Positions 40,268 to 48,110 of a DNA stretch of 64,000 nt are shown here, in pieces. Origin of the DNA: an uncultured Clostridia bacterium (GTDB lineage Bacteria > Bacillota > Clostridia > Christensenellales > Borkfalkiaceae). The stretch is taken from NCBI GenBank assembly GCA_937892545.1, contig CALAFO010000047.1:1142-65141 (forward strand), given 5' to 3'. Within the stretch, counting starts at the first letter, position 1; every line of letters begins with the position of its first letter. A program made the position numbers and the translations under genes. Under the pieces are notes generated by a model. It did not search any database and was not told the origin of the DNA. It was given only the letters and a program-made list of their open reading frames with translations.

Positions 40268-40313
40268 AAAACGCCGCCGTCCTCAATTTCTCCTCTTGCT
40301 CAACTTCCCCTCG

Positions 40314-41201
40314 TTACTTCTTCTCATACCCCGCCATATTGCGCGGCTTGCCGAAATAAAACGCCGCCACCAGCCCCGGACCGCAATTCGCGCCGATAAT
40401 CGTGCCGATATACGTATAGTACACGTCCTTGAATCCCGCTTCCTTTTTAAGCGCCTCGCCAAACTCTTTCGCCCGCTCGGGCACGTCGCTGTGGCACACG
40501 TAAAGCGTCTGATTTTCCGCGTCGGTTACCGTATCTTTCACAATCTCGAAAATACGCGCCACCGTCTGCTTGTAGCCACGCACCCGCTGTTGCACAATCA
40601 GATGTCCCGCAGAATCGAGGTTGAGTATCGGGCAGATTTTAAAAATGCCGCCGATCAACGCCGCCGCCCGCGAACATCTGCCGCTTCTTCGAAGATACAA
40701 AAGCTCGTCTGTCGTATACCACGTGTTCACGTTGATTTTTATCTTTTCCAGCTCGGCAAAACACTCTTCCGCGTCCGCGCCGTTATCGCGCATTTCCGCC
40801 GCGCGAAGCGCAAGCATACCGTACCCCGTGGAACACAGCGTAGAATCCACCACGTAGATTTCCGCGCCGCACTTTTCTTTCAATGCCTGCGCCGCGTTCA
40901 CCGCGCACTTGTACGTGCCCGATACCGCGCTGCCCAAGCTGATATGTACAATCGGCTTGCCCTCTTTCAGAAGCGGCGTAAAAAATTCGATGAATTGCGT
41001 TTCGTTCGCCTGACTCGTTTTCGGCACTGCGCCCTTGCGCATTTGTTCGTAAAATTCGTGGCAGTCCTCCGCTTTCATCGTATCTTCGTAAAGCTTGCCG
41101 TCCGCCTCGTAGCATAAATGAAGCGGCACGATTTCCCGTTCTTTTAAAAGCTCCGCGGGCAGGTCGCACCCCGAATCCGTCGTAACGATAAATTTTCCCA
41201 T
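40314..41201 (-). CDS. DegV-family (fatty-acid-binding) protein
   Basis: Start at MGKFIVTTDSGCDLP with RBS AAGGAGGA. Length and blocks (IHISLGSAVSGTY, ...DSAGHL...) fit DegV. Confidence 0.8.
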   Translation of the reverse strand: MGKFIVTTDSGCDLPAELLKEREIVPLHLCYEADGKLYEDTMKAEDCHEFYEQMRKGAVPKTSQANETQFIEFFTPLLKEGKPIVHISLGSAVSGTYKCAVNAAQALKEKCGAEIYVVDSTLCSTGYGMLALRAAEMRDNGADAEECFAELEKIKINVNTWYTTDELLYLRRSGRCSRAAALIGGIFKICPILNLDSAGHLIVQQRVRGYKQTVARIFEIVKDTVTDAENQTLYVCHSDVPERAKEFGEALKKEAGFKDVYYTYIGTIIGANCGPGLVAAFYFGKPRNMAGYEKK

Positions 41202-41247
41202 ATCCGTTCGTCCTCCTTGTTGCAACCGTTTTTCGATTTCATAACGA

Positions 41248-41276
41248 TTGACAGTTATCGATACTCGTGTTATAAT
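41248..41276 (+). promoter_or_regulatory. perfect consensus sigma-A promoter with putative TetR operator in the spacer
   Basis: TTGACA - gttatcgatactcgtgt (17 nt) - TATAAT. GTTATCGATAC (palindromic core TATCGATA) is repeated at 41330-41340. Confidence 0.6.
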
Positions 41277-41372
41277 AATTATAAACCGAATCGGCAAAAA
41301 AGACAAATACGGTTTGCAAAATTCGGTAAGTTATCGATACAAAATAAAAAAAGTGTTCAAAAAAGGATAATT

Positions 41373-41963
41373 ATGGATAAACGGATCATCAAAACCAAGC
41401 GGAACATCAAAGAAACGTTCATAAAAATGCTTTCAACGTGCGCGTTCGAGAAAATCAACGTTACGGAACTTTGCCGCCGCGCCTGCATCGGCAGAATCAC
41501 GTTTTACACGTATTACGACGACAAATTCGCGCTTGCCGACGAGCTTATGGACGATTATATGCAAGAAGCGCTCGACGATTATCATCGTTTGCAAAAGCAA
41601 AACAACCCTGCCACATTGCCGTTCGAAGGGTACTTGAATATGCTTACGGCGATACTCGATTTATATTTCGCGCACGCGGAATTTTTCACGCACGCGAATA
41701 TCGAAAAGAACCCGTATCTGTACACGTCGTTTTACAACCGGGTGTTCGGAAACGTGCTTTTATATCTTCGCCGGCACCAGCAAAGCATGCGTCCGCGGTA
41801 TTCCGACAGGCGCACGGCGGTACTTATCTGCAACGGATTCTGGGGCATTGTATCGGACGCACTGACGGATAAAAATTTATCCGAAAAAGCCTTCCGTCAG
41901 ACGAAAAAAGAAATTTTCGAAATGTACCGTACGGTGTTATCCTCGGATTTATTCATCCGCTGA
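41373..41963 (+). CDS. TetR/AcrR-family transcriptional regulator
   Basis: Start at MDKRIIKTKRNIKETF. HTH block FEKINVTELCRRACIGRITFYTYYDDKFAL. Confidence 0.8.
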   Translation: MDKRIIKTKRNIKETFIKMLSTCAFEKINVTELCRRACIGRITFYTYYDDKFALADELMDDYMQEALDDYHRLQKQNNPATLPFEGYLNMLTAILDLYFAHAEFFTHANIEKNPYLYTSFYNRVFGNVLLYLRRHQQSMRPRYSDRRTAVLICNGFWGIVSDALTDKNLSEKAFRQTKKEIFEMYRTVLSSDLFIR

Positions 41964-41970
41964 ATTTTCG

Positions 41971-42040
41971 CCTTTGATATAGGCTTCCCCTTGGGGCGGG
42001 CATCGCCCGCTTCATAACGGATTGCAACAAGCCGTTTGAA
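41971..42040 (+). repeat. degenerate partial copy of the structured intergenic repeat
   Basis: cctttgatatAGGCTTCCCC-ttgg-GGCGGG..., then ccgtttgaaatttt. Only the 5' module is recognisable. Confidence 0.4.
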
Positions 42041-42054
42041 ATTTTAAAATATTG

Positions 42055-42198
42055 CCTTTGATATAGCCTTCCCCTTGGGGGGAAGGTGTCGCCGAACGGC
42101 GACGAATGAGGGGCGTAGCCCATTTTTGATTGAAATTTTCCATCGGAAATTTTCAATCAAGGGGCGTATCGTATTTTCTACCATCCCCATTTCAAACG
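42055..42198 (+). repeat. structured intergenic repeat, long form (copy C)
   Basis: cctttgatatAGCCTTCCCC-ttgg-GGGGAAGGTG, gtcgccg-aa-cggcgac, GAATGAGGGGCGTAGCC, inserted hairpin ttgattgaaattttcc-atc-ggaaattttcaatcaa, ...attttcta-ccatCCCCATTTCAAACG. Confidence 0.65.
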
Positions 42199-42222
42199 CC
42201 CCAAAAAACAACCGAAAATTTT

Positions 42223-42405
42223 TTACAGACTGCTCAAAAAATCGTCGAGCAGTCTTTTTTGTTTTTCGTTCAGGCTTTCGAGCGATTTTCCCGCGGCAAC
42301 ATTCCGCGAATGTTCTTCGGCAAAAAATTCGGCAAGCGAGATATTCAGCCCCGCGCAGATATAACCGAGATAGTCCACCGTAGGACTTTTCGAGTCCGAC
42401 AGCTT
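42223..42405 (-). pseudogene. 5'-truncated XRE-family HTH gene remnant
   Basis: The minus-strand frame reads ...KLSDSKSPTVDYLGYICAGLNISLAEFFAEEHSRNVAAGKSLESLNEKQKRLLDDFLSSL*. It has only the last helices of an XRE HTH domain plus a tail, with no Met or alternative start and an in-frame stop at 42427-42429. The 3' end lies in the hairpin terminator 42227-42266. Confidence 0.5.
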
Positions 42406-42413
42406 TCCGAAAA

Positions 42414-42479
42414 ATTTACAAGAAATTTACAAATTATTTACAAAATCCCGTTGACTTTCTTTGTGCCTTGCGATAAAAT
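42414..42479 (+). promoter_or_regulatory. three helically phased direct repeats abutting a promoter
   Basis: ATTTACAA at 42414, 42425 and 42436 (11-bp period), then TTGACT (42451) - 17 nt - TAAAAT (42474). Confidence 0.5.
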
Positions 42480-42518
42480 ACTGTTTAATCTTTGTTGTTT
42501 CTTGCGGAGAATAGAGTA

Positions 42519-43007
42519 ATGGATGTTAAAAAGTTAGTTTCAAAATCTGTAGATTTCAGATATTATTGTTCCGGATTGTTGTGCTACGGTATTTTTATGG
42601 TTATATTCCTTACTCTCGCCATTGTGTCTGTGAATGACAGTTTAGTCTCCGCGCGATTGGCGTCAATTACTGGTTTTATTCTCCTTATCCCCTTTATTTT
42701 TTACTGTGCGATAAGAATTATTCTTTTGTTTGCAGGGTCAAAAAATTATTATATTTATACCGCCGATGTACTTGAAGTACATAACGAACATTTCGCTTTG
42801 TTTCGCCACTCTTGCTCTTTCACTCTGACGATACATAAAGATGACGGCTCTGATTTTACCTCCGGAACCTCCGGTATTTTTAAAGCCTCGGATTTTAGTT
42901 CCACGTATTTCGGCAATTATGTGAATAAAACTTTGAAAGTTTTATATAATCCAAAAAACAAAACCGTTATTGTTGTCGGAACACTCGATCCGGAACAGTC
43001 AACTTAA
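42519..43007 (+). CDS. hypothetical membrane protein (AT-rich islet)
   Basis: Start at MDVKKLVSK (RBS GGAGAA). Two predicted TM helices, then a soluble ~90-aa C-terminal part. No motif recognised. Confidence 0.5.
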   Translation: MDVKKLVSKSVDFRYYCSGLLCYGIFMVIFLTLAIVSVNDSLVSARLASITGFILLIPFIFYCAIRIILLFAGSKNYYIYTADVLEVHNEHFALFRHSCSFTLTIHKDDGSDFTSGTSGIFKASDFSSTYFGNYVNKTLKVLYNPKNKTVIVVGTLDPEQST

Positions 43008-43135
43008 ATTTTATCTTTTCAAGAGAATATCGCTTGTTGCCGATATCCTCTTTTTTGTTACGGTAAATTATACTATCCCGGTACTCAACGTCCCCCATTC
43101 CTCGTTTGCCCCCTTAGCATTTCTCCGCAAAAACT

Positions 43136-44077
43136 TCACTCAAAAATTTCCTGCGCCAGCGAAATGACTTCCGTCGGCGTTTTACATTCGAAAAGCCGCG
43201 CCTTATACGCCGCCGCGCCGCGCTTTCCGCGCAGATAAAACGCGCACATTTTCCGCATAAACACCGTGGCGAACCGCTCGCCGAACAGTCGTTCCGTCTC
43301 CTCCGTCTGCCGCTTCACTATTTCAAAAAGCGGCTTTCTTTCCACTCCCGAAAAATCGCAGAAAATCTGCGGATCGTACAGCGCGGCGCGCGCGATTTCC
43401 ACGCCGTCCGCGCCCGTTTTTTCCATCATCGTTTCCGCGTCCCGTACGGAAAAAATCCCTCCGTTTGCAATCACGGGCACTTTCACTGCATTTTTCACCG
43501 CCGCAATCGCCGCATAATCCGGCTCGCCGGAATACATTTCGTCGCGCGTTCTGCCGTGCACCGTAATCGCCTGCGCCCCCGCGCCTTCCATCCGTTTGCC
43601 AAACTCTTCCGCTACGATTTTTCCGCGGTTTACGCCGATACGGCACTTCACCGTTACGATTTTCCCGCTTTTCGCCGTTTCCGCCACGATTTTTTCCGCC
43701 AGCGACGGATTTTCCAGCAAAGCGCTCCCCTCGCCGTTTTTGAAAATTTTCGGCACGGGGCACCCCATATTGATATCCACGATTTCAAACGGCGCCAGTT
43801 CTTCGCTTTCCGCCGCACGGCGCATAAACGCGGGGTCGCTCCCGAAAATCTGCACGCCCGCCGCGCCGCGCTCGTTTTCCGCCGTGTATAAAAGCTCCTT
43901 CGTGTTCTCGCTGCCATAGCAAAGCCCTTTCGCGCTCACCATCTCCGTAAACACAAACCCCGCCCCGCTTTCCAGCGCGATTTTCCTGAAAGGATAATTC
44001 GTATACCCCGCCAAAGGCGCCAGCCATACGTTGTTTTTTATTTCAAATCCCCCTACCTGTACCCGATGTAATCGCAT
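43136..44077 (-). CDS. dus: tRNA-dihydrouridine synthase
   Basis: LAPLAGYTNYPFR, DINMGCPVPK, TVKCRIG and ITVHGRT blocks of the Dus family. Confidence 0.9.
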   Translation of the reverse strand: MRLHRVQVGGFEIKNNVWLAPLAGYTNYPFRKIALESGAGFVFTEMVSAKGLCYGSENTKELLYTAENERGAAGVQIFGSDPAFMRRAAESEELAPFEIVDINMGCPVPKIFKNGEGSALLENPSLAEKIVAETAKSGKIVTVKCRIGVNRGKIVAEEFGKRMEGAGAQAITVHGRTRDEMYSGEPDYAAIAAVKNAVKVPVIANGGIFSVRDAETMMEKTGADGVEIARAALYDPQIFCDFSGVERKPLFEIVKRQTEETERLFGERFATVFMRKMCAFYLRGKRGAAAYKARLFECKTPTEVISLAQEIFE

Positions 44078-45613
44078 TTATGCCTTGCCCTCGTCGTCGC
44101 TCTTTACGGCTTCTTTCGCTTTTTCGTAATACTCGTCGCGCTCCGGCTTCTCCAGCTCATTCACGTCTTTGCCGTCCGCCAGCACAAGTTTTTCGTATTC
44201 CGTATACCGCCGCTGCACCTTTTTCACCGTATCGAGCAGCGCTTCTTCCGCGTCCGCGCCCACCGCGCGCGCCATCGTCGCCATACAAAAGAGCGCGTCG
44301 CCCAGTTCTTCCGCCGTTTTCGCTTTATCGCCGCACCCCGCCGCAAACTTCTCCGTTTCCGCTTTCAGTTCGGCAAGCTCCTCTTCCAGCGCCGCTTTCG
44401 CGCTTTCGAACGTGGGCTTGTCCCAGCCGCCGCGTTCCACGCGTTTCGCCACTTTCTGCGCCTGCAACAGCGCGGGGAAGCACTTCGGCACGTCGTTCAC
44501 CGCCTTGGCGAACGTGTCCTGATGCTTTTCGATCATCTTGTTTTTATCCCACACTTTCAGCGCGCCGTCGGCGTCGAGCGCCTTATCCTTCCCGAACACG
44601 TGCGTGTGCCGCGTAATCAGTTTTTCGCACAGCTCCGTGGCAACGTCCGTAAAATCGAACGCGCCCGCCTCTTCTTTCAGCGAGGCATGAAACGCAACCT
44701 GCATTAAAAGATCGCCCGTCTCCTCGCGGATTTTGTCGTCGTCTTTCAGGTTAATCGCGTCCAGAAGCTCGTACGCCTCTTCGATGACGTTCATGCGGAT
44801 GCTTTCGCTCGTCTGCACTTTATCCCACGGACACCCGCTCACGGGGTCGCGCAGGTAACGCAGAATGGTTAAAACGTCGTTCATCGTAAACCGTTTTTTA
44901 TCGAGCAGATCTATTTTTTCCACCGCCGCCGCGCAGCCGCAATCGTAGTTTTTCTGCCGGTCCAGCTCGTAAATTTTAATTCTTTTCACTACGGGCGCGC
45001 CGCCTTTCCCGCCGTCCTTATCGCCGCTTTTTTTTCTCCCTCCGTTTCCGCCGTTCAGGCGGATAAACAGAATTTCCGTTTCTTCGCCGAACCGCCCGGA
45101 AAGCGCCTGTTTCACGTCCGCCGCCATATCTTCGCCGTCAATATCGTATGTAATAAGCGGCGCGGAAAGCCCCTCTTCCCGCAGAGTCTCCGCAATTTCG
45201 CATGCCGACACCGCCTGATACGAGCAACCTTTGAAATGTGCCGCGGCGGCGATTTCCGCAATCTTCGAAACGCCGTTTATCACGCGCACGTTTTTCTTTC
45301 CCGCGGCGCGCAGAATCGCTTTCACCGAATTATCCTCGCTTGCCGCGCCGTCCACAAGGTACGCGACGTTTTCGCCGTACTTTCTCACCTCGCGGCACAA
45401 ATTTTTATTCAGCGTAGCGAACGTACGGCTTTTATCGTACACGAAATCCAGCGTTTCGTGCGGCACGTTCAGCTCTTTCACGCTTCCGTACGACGGCGTT
45501 TTCGCCGTCCGCACCAGAATTTTTCCGCCCGTCGCCGCCGTTTTTAAAATCGCTTCTTCGCCCTCTTTCGTCAGATCGCCCGTCTTTACGCCCAAACCGA
45601 TTACCGTAATCAT
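44078..45613 (-). CDS. mazG: YabN-type protein: tetrapyrrole-methylase-like domain fused to MazG NTP pyrophosphohydrolase
   Basis: Start at MITVIGLG (RBS GGAGG). C-terminal tandem MazG repeats (EEAYELLDAI..., EELGDALFCMA). Confidence 0.85.
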   Translation of the reverse strand: MITVIGLGVKTGDLTKEGEEAILKTAATGGKILVRTAKTPSYGSVKELNVPHETLDFVYDKSRTFATLNKNLCREVRKYGENVAYLVDGAASEDNSVKAILRAAGKKNVRVINGVSKIAEIAAAAHFKGCSYQAVSACEIAETLREEGLSAPLITYDIDGEDMAADVKQALSGRFGEETEILFIRLNGGNGGRKKSGDKDGGKGGAPVVKRIKIYELDRQKNYDCGCAAAVEKIDLLDKKRFTMNDVLTILRYLRDPVSGCPWDKVQTSESIRMNVIEEAYELLDAINLKDDDKIREETGDLLMQVAFHASLKEEAGAFDFTDVATELCEKLITRHTHVFGKDKALDADGALKVWDKNKMIEKHQDTFAKAVNDVPKCFPALLQAQKVAKRVERGGWDKPTFESAKAALEEELAELKAETEKFAAGCGDKAKTAEELGDALFCMATMARAVGADAEEALLDTVKKVQRRYTEYEKLVLADGKDVNELEKPERDEYYEKAKEAVKSDDEGKA

Positions 45614-46974
45614 GCTTTCGCCTCCGTAATGTTTCTTTCGCTTTTCATACACGCCCTATTATACAATAAAATCAGCAAAAAAGCAACGAAATAGCACAGA
45701 CTTTCGGCTGCAGCCGCGCCTTTCGCCGAAAATTTCAACACCCCCGCAAACGCCAGATCGAAAAGTATCCGCGAAAGACACGCCACTCCCCAGCACGCCG
45801 CCGCGCCCCGCTGTTTTCCGAGCGCCGTCAGGCAGGAAGAAAGCGTCTGCGCCAGCGACAAAAACACCGCCCCCGCAGCCGAAATCCGCACGCACGCCGC
45901 CAGCATCGACTTTTCTTCCGCCGCCAGAGAACGGAACAGCAGTTTCGCCGCCAACGGAGCGAACAGATACGTCAGCGCCCCCGCGGGCACCGCCACGGCA
46001 AGCGTTAAAAGGCAGGCGTATGCAATTTTTCCGCCGCACCCCGCCGCGCCGTTTTTTCTGATTTCCGCCGACAAATCGGGAATCGCCGCCGCTCCCACGC
46101 CGCGGCAAAGCGTTACGGGCAGATGCGAAATGCACGCCGCGCCGCCCGCAAACAATCCGTACAAAGCCAGCGGCTTATCGGAATACGCCTTGAACAGCGA
46201 CGGCAGAAGCATGCTTTCCGCAAACGCCGTCAACGGCAGTACCGCCGCCGAAAGCGTTACGGGCAGCGTGCGGGAAAGAATTTTTCCCGATTTTTCCGTA
46301 AACACTTTCCCCGTCAGAAGTCCGCCGCTTATCGGCGGTTCCGCGAAAAAATCCCCGTTCGTTCCGCCCATGCCCCGTCGCTTTTTGCGAAAGACTATCA
46401 AAGCGCCCGTCTCGGCAACCGCGGCAAGCGTTGCCGCCAGACACAAAAAAGCCGCCGCCTTGCTTACGTTTTCTTTCAGCGCCGCCGCAAAAATCAGTCC
46501 GAACGCAATTTTCGCCGCCTGTCCGCAAAGCTCCGAAACCGCCGTCGGAAACATATCGTCCGCGCCCTGAAACGCACCGCAATACACCGCGGCAACGCAC
46601 GAAAGGGGCACGGCTGGCGCCAGAAACAAATACGCCGCACCGGTTCCCGCGCCGTGTAACGCATGCGCCGCCACCGCCGCCGCGCCCAACAAACCTATCC
46701 GCAGAAACAACCGCAGATAATCGCGCACAAGCGGCGCGGAATTGAAATTTTTCGCACGGAAATCGGCAACCTGTCCGGAAAGCGCCGCCGAAATTCCCGC
46801 CGAACAAAGCGTAACGATAAACGCGAAAAACGCGTAAGATTTCTGATAAATTCCCAAGCCGTAACAGCCTATCAGCGCCGCCAGCGGCACGCGGTACAGC
46901 GCGCCGAGGCATTTCACCGCCGCGCCGGAAATCCCCAGCGTTGCCGCGCCGCGCAAAAACGTTTTTCTTTTCAT
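45610..46974 (-). CDS. MOP-superfamily polysaccharide/peptidoglycan-precursor flippase (SpoVB/YabM-like)
   Basis: Start at MKRKTFLRGAATLGISGAAVKCLGALYRVPL. About 14 TM helices. ATGA overlap with the downstream mazG-like gene, the same order as B. subtilis yabM-yabN. Confidence 0.7.
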   Translation of the reverse strand: MKRKTFLRGAATLGISGAAVKCLGALYRVPLAALIGCYGLGIYQKSYAFFAFIVTLCSAGISAALSGQVADFRAKNFNSAPLVRDYLRLFLRIGLLGAAAVAAHALHGAGTGAAYLFLAPAVPLSCVAAVYCGAFQGADDMFPTAVSELCGQAAKIAFGLIFAAALKENVSKAAAFLCLAATLAAVAETGALIVFRKKRRGMGGTNGDFFAEPPISGGLLTGKVFTEKSGKILSRTLPVTLSAAVLPLTAFAESMLLPSLFKAYSDKPLALYGLFAGGAACISHLPVTLCRGVGAAAIPDLSAEIRKNGAAGCGGKIAYACLLTLAVAVPAGALTYLFAPLAAKLLFRSLAAEEKSMLAACVRISAAGAVFLSLAQTLSSCLTALGKQRGAAACWGVACLSRILFDLAFAGVLKFSAKGAAAAESLCYFVAFLLILLYNRACMKSERNITEAKA

Positions 46975-47080
46975 ACCCCTATTTTGCGCCTTGCCCGCCG
47001 TAAATATGTGCGCAACCGCTTGCCGCGCGGCGGAAAAAGTGCTATAATTAACCCAAAACTTCTTTGACGGGAGAATTCCT

Positions 47081-47602
47081 ATGAACGCACCCTCGGCAAC
47101 CGAAAAAAAGGCGCTGGCGAAACGCTCTCTCACCCGCCCGATTCTATTTTTGCTCATCGGCACGGCGTTTCTCGGCGGAGCGATTTACTATATCGCGCAA
47201 CTTTCCATCACAAGCGAAAAGGCGTTTATGCTCGGAGCCATAATCGCCTACCTTGCGATTGCCGCTCTTTTAATCGCAGGCTCCACGTTCGCGCTTGCAA
47301 AGCGTAGAGTCGCCGTAGAATCGGACGAAACCTGCGTGTATCTCTATTTCGGCGGCAATAAAAAACCGCCCGTTTCTATTCCGTATACAAAGCTCGCCGA
47401 TTGCAGAATGAAACGCACGTTCGCGCAGAACGGCGGTATTCCCGCCGCAAAAATGCCGCCGCTGTACGCCGCGTTTTCGTTCGGCACGCTGTACCTGTAC
47501 ACGGCAGAAAAGACTTATAGTATACAGAATATCGCGTGCGTGCGCGACGCGTGTATCGCTGTCCGCGAAGAAATGGAAAAGCATCGGGAAAAAGCGCAAT
47601 AA
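47081..47602 (+). CDS. hypothetical membrane protein
   Basis: Promoter TTGCCG-17-TATAAT at 47020-47048. Two TM helices followed by a ~90-aa soluble domain. No motif recognised. Confidence 0.5.
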   Translation: MNAPSATEKKALAKRSLTRPILFLLIGTAFLGGAIYYIAQLSITSEKAFMLGAIIAYLAIAALLIAGSTFALAKRRVAVESDETCVYLYFGGNKKPPVSIPYTKLADCRMKRTFAQNGGIPAAKMPPLYAAFSFGTLYLYTAEKTYSIQNIACVRDACIAVREEMEKHREKAQ

Positions 47603-47627
47603 AAATTCGTTTTCGGCGCGAATATCG

Positions 47628-47656
47628 TTGACAAACCCGCACGAATAGCTTATAAT
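47628..47656 (+). promoter_or_regulatory. perfect consensus sigma-A promoter driving a non-coding unit
   Basis: TTGACA - aacccgcacgaatagct (17 nt) - TATAAT. Confidence 0.6.
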
Positions 47657-47662
47657 TGAAAT

Positions 47663-47872
47663 ACTTCGGCAGGGAGTAGTCGGGGAAAAGCATGCGGCGA
47701 CGCGAAAAGGCGCGGCGGGCTTTCCCGTCTGATAACGGTAACACGGCTTATCTTTGCGGCACGGCGGAACGCCCGAAACCGCAGAATAGCCCGGATCAGA
47801 ATGAAACGACAAGACTGTTTCGAAAACGCGCTTTTTTAAAAAAGCGCGTTTTCGGAGCAGTCTTTTGTTTTT
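47663..47872 (+). ncRNA. unassigned structured RNA (stand-alone sRNA or riboswitch-like leader), ~210 nt
   Basis: Lies between the consensus promoter and a long intrinsic terminator, aagactgtttcgaaaacgcgctttttt / aaaaaagcgcgttttcggagcagtctt + ttgttttt (47811-47872). Internal helices include GGCUUAUCUUUGCGG...CCGCAGAAUAGCC enclosing GGCG-GAA-CGCC. The only ORF is Arg-rich and runs through the terminator. Confidence 0.5.
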
Positions 47873-47952
47873 CCCATATATAGCTCTCCCGCGGGCGAGC
47901 TTCGCCCGTTTCGCAACAGACTGTTGCAAAGCGTCTGAAATTTTGTTGATTT

Positions 47953-48045
47953 CCTTTGATATAGCCTTCCCCCGCGGGGGAAGGTGTCTGCGATAGCAGA
48001 CGAATGAGGGGCTTCACTTGTTTTCCGCTCCCCTCATTTCAAACG
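47953..48045 (+). repeat. structured intergenic repeat, short form (copy E)
   Basis: cctttgatatAGCCTTCCCCC-gc-GGGGGAAGGTG, gtctgc-gata-gcagac, GAATGAGGGGC-ttcacttgttttccgct-CCCCTCATTTCAAACG. Confidence 0.65.
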
Positions 48046-48110
48046 TCCCCTACTTAATTTTTTCAAACTCGTCAATAATAAAAAAATCAAACCCGAAAAC
48101 GGAGGTTTTT

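Noticed and set aside
39364-40313. Replication origin next to gyrB.
   Set aside because: There is no dnaA/dnaN nearby and no cluster of TTATCCACA-type boxes. The only perfect DnaA box I noticed (30536-30544) is isolated inside the P-type ATPase gene.
47663-47810. Assignment of the candidate ncRNA to ykkC-type (ACACGG...AGCCCGG strings) or THF-type (GGGAGUAG...GCGCGG strings) riboswitches.
   Set aside because: Only short 6-8-nt strings resemble the consensus as I remember it. The spacing and the other conserved blocks do not match. Left unassigned pending a covariance-model search.
47692-47883. 63-aa ORF inside the candidate ncRNA.
   Set aside because: It is Arg-rich and low in complexity, and it continues through the terminator hairpin and T-tract. 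It is more likely a chance frame in structured RNA.
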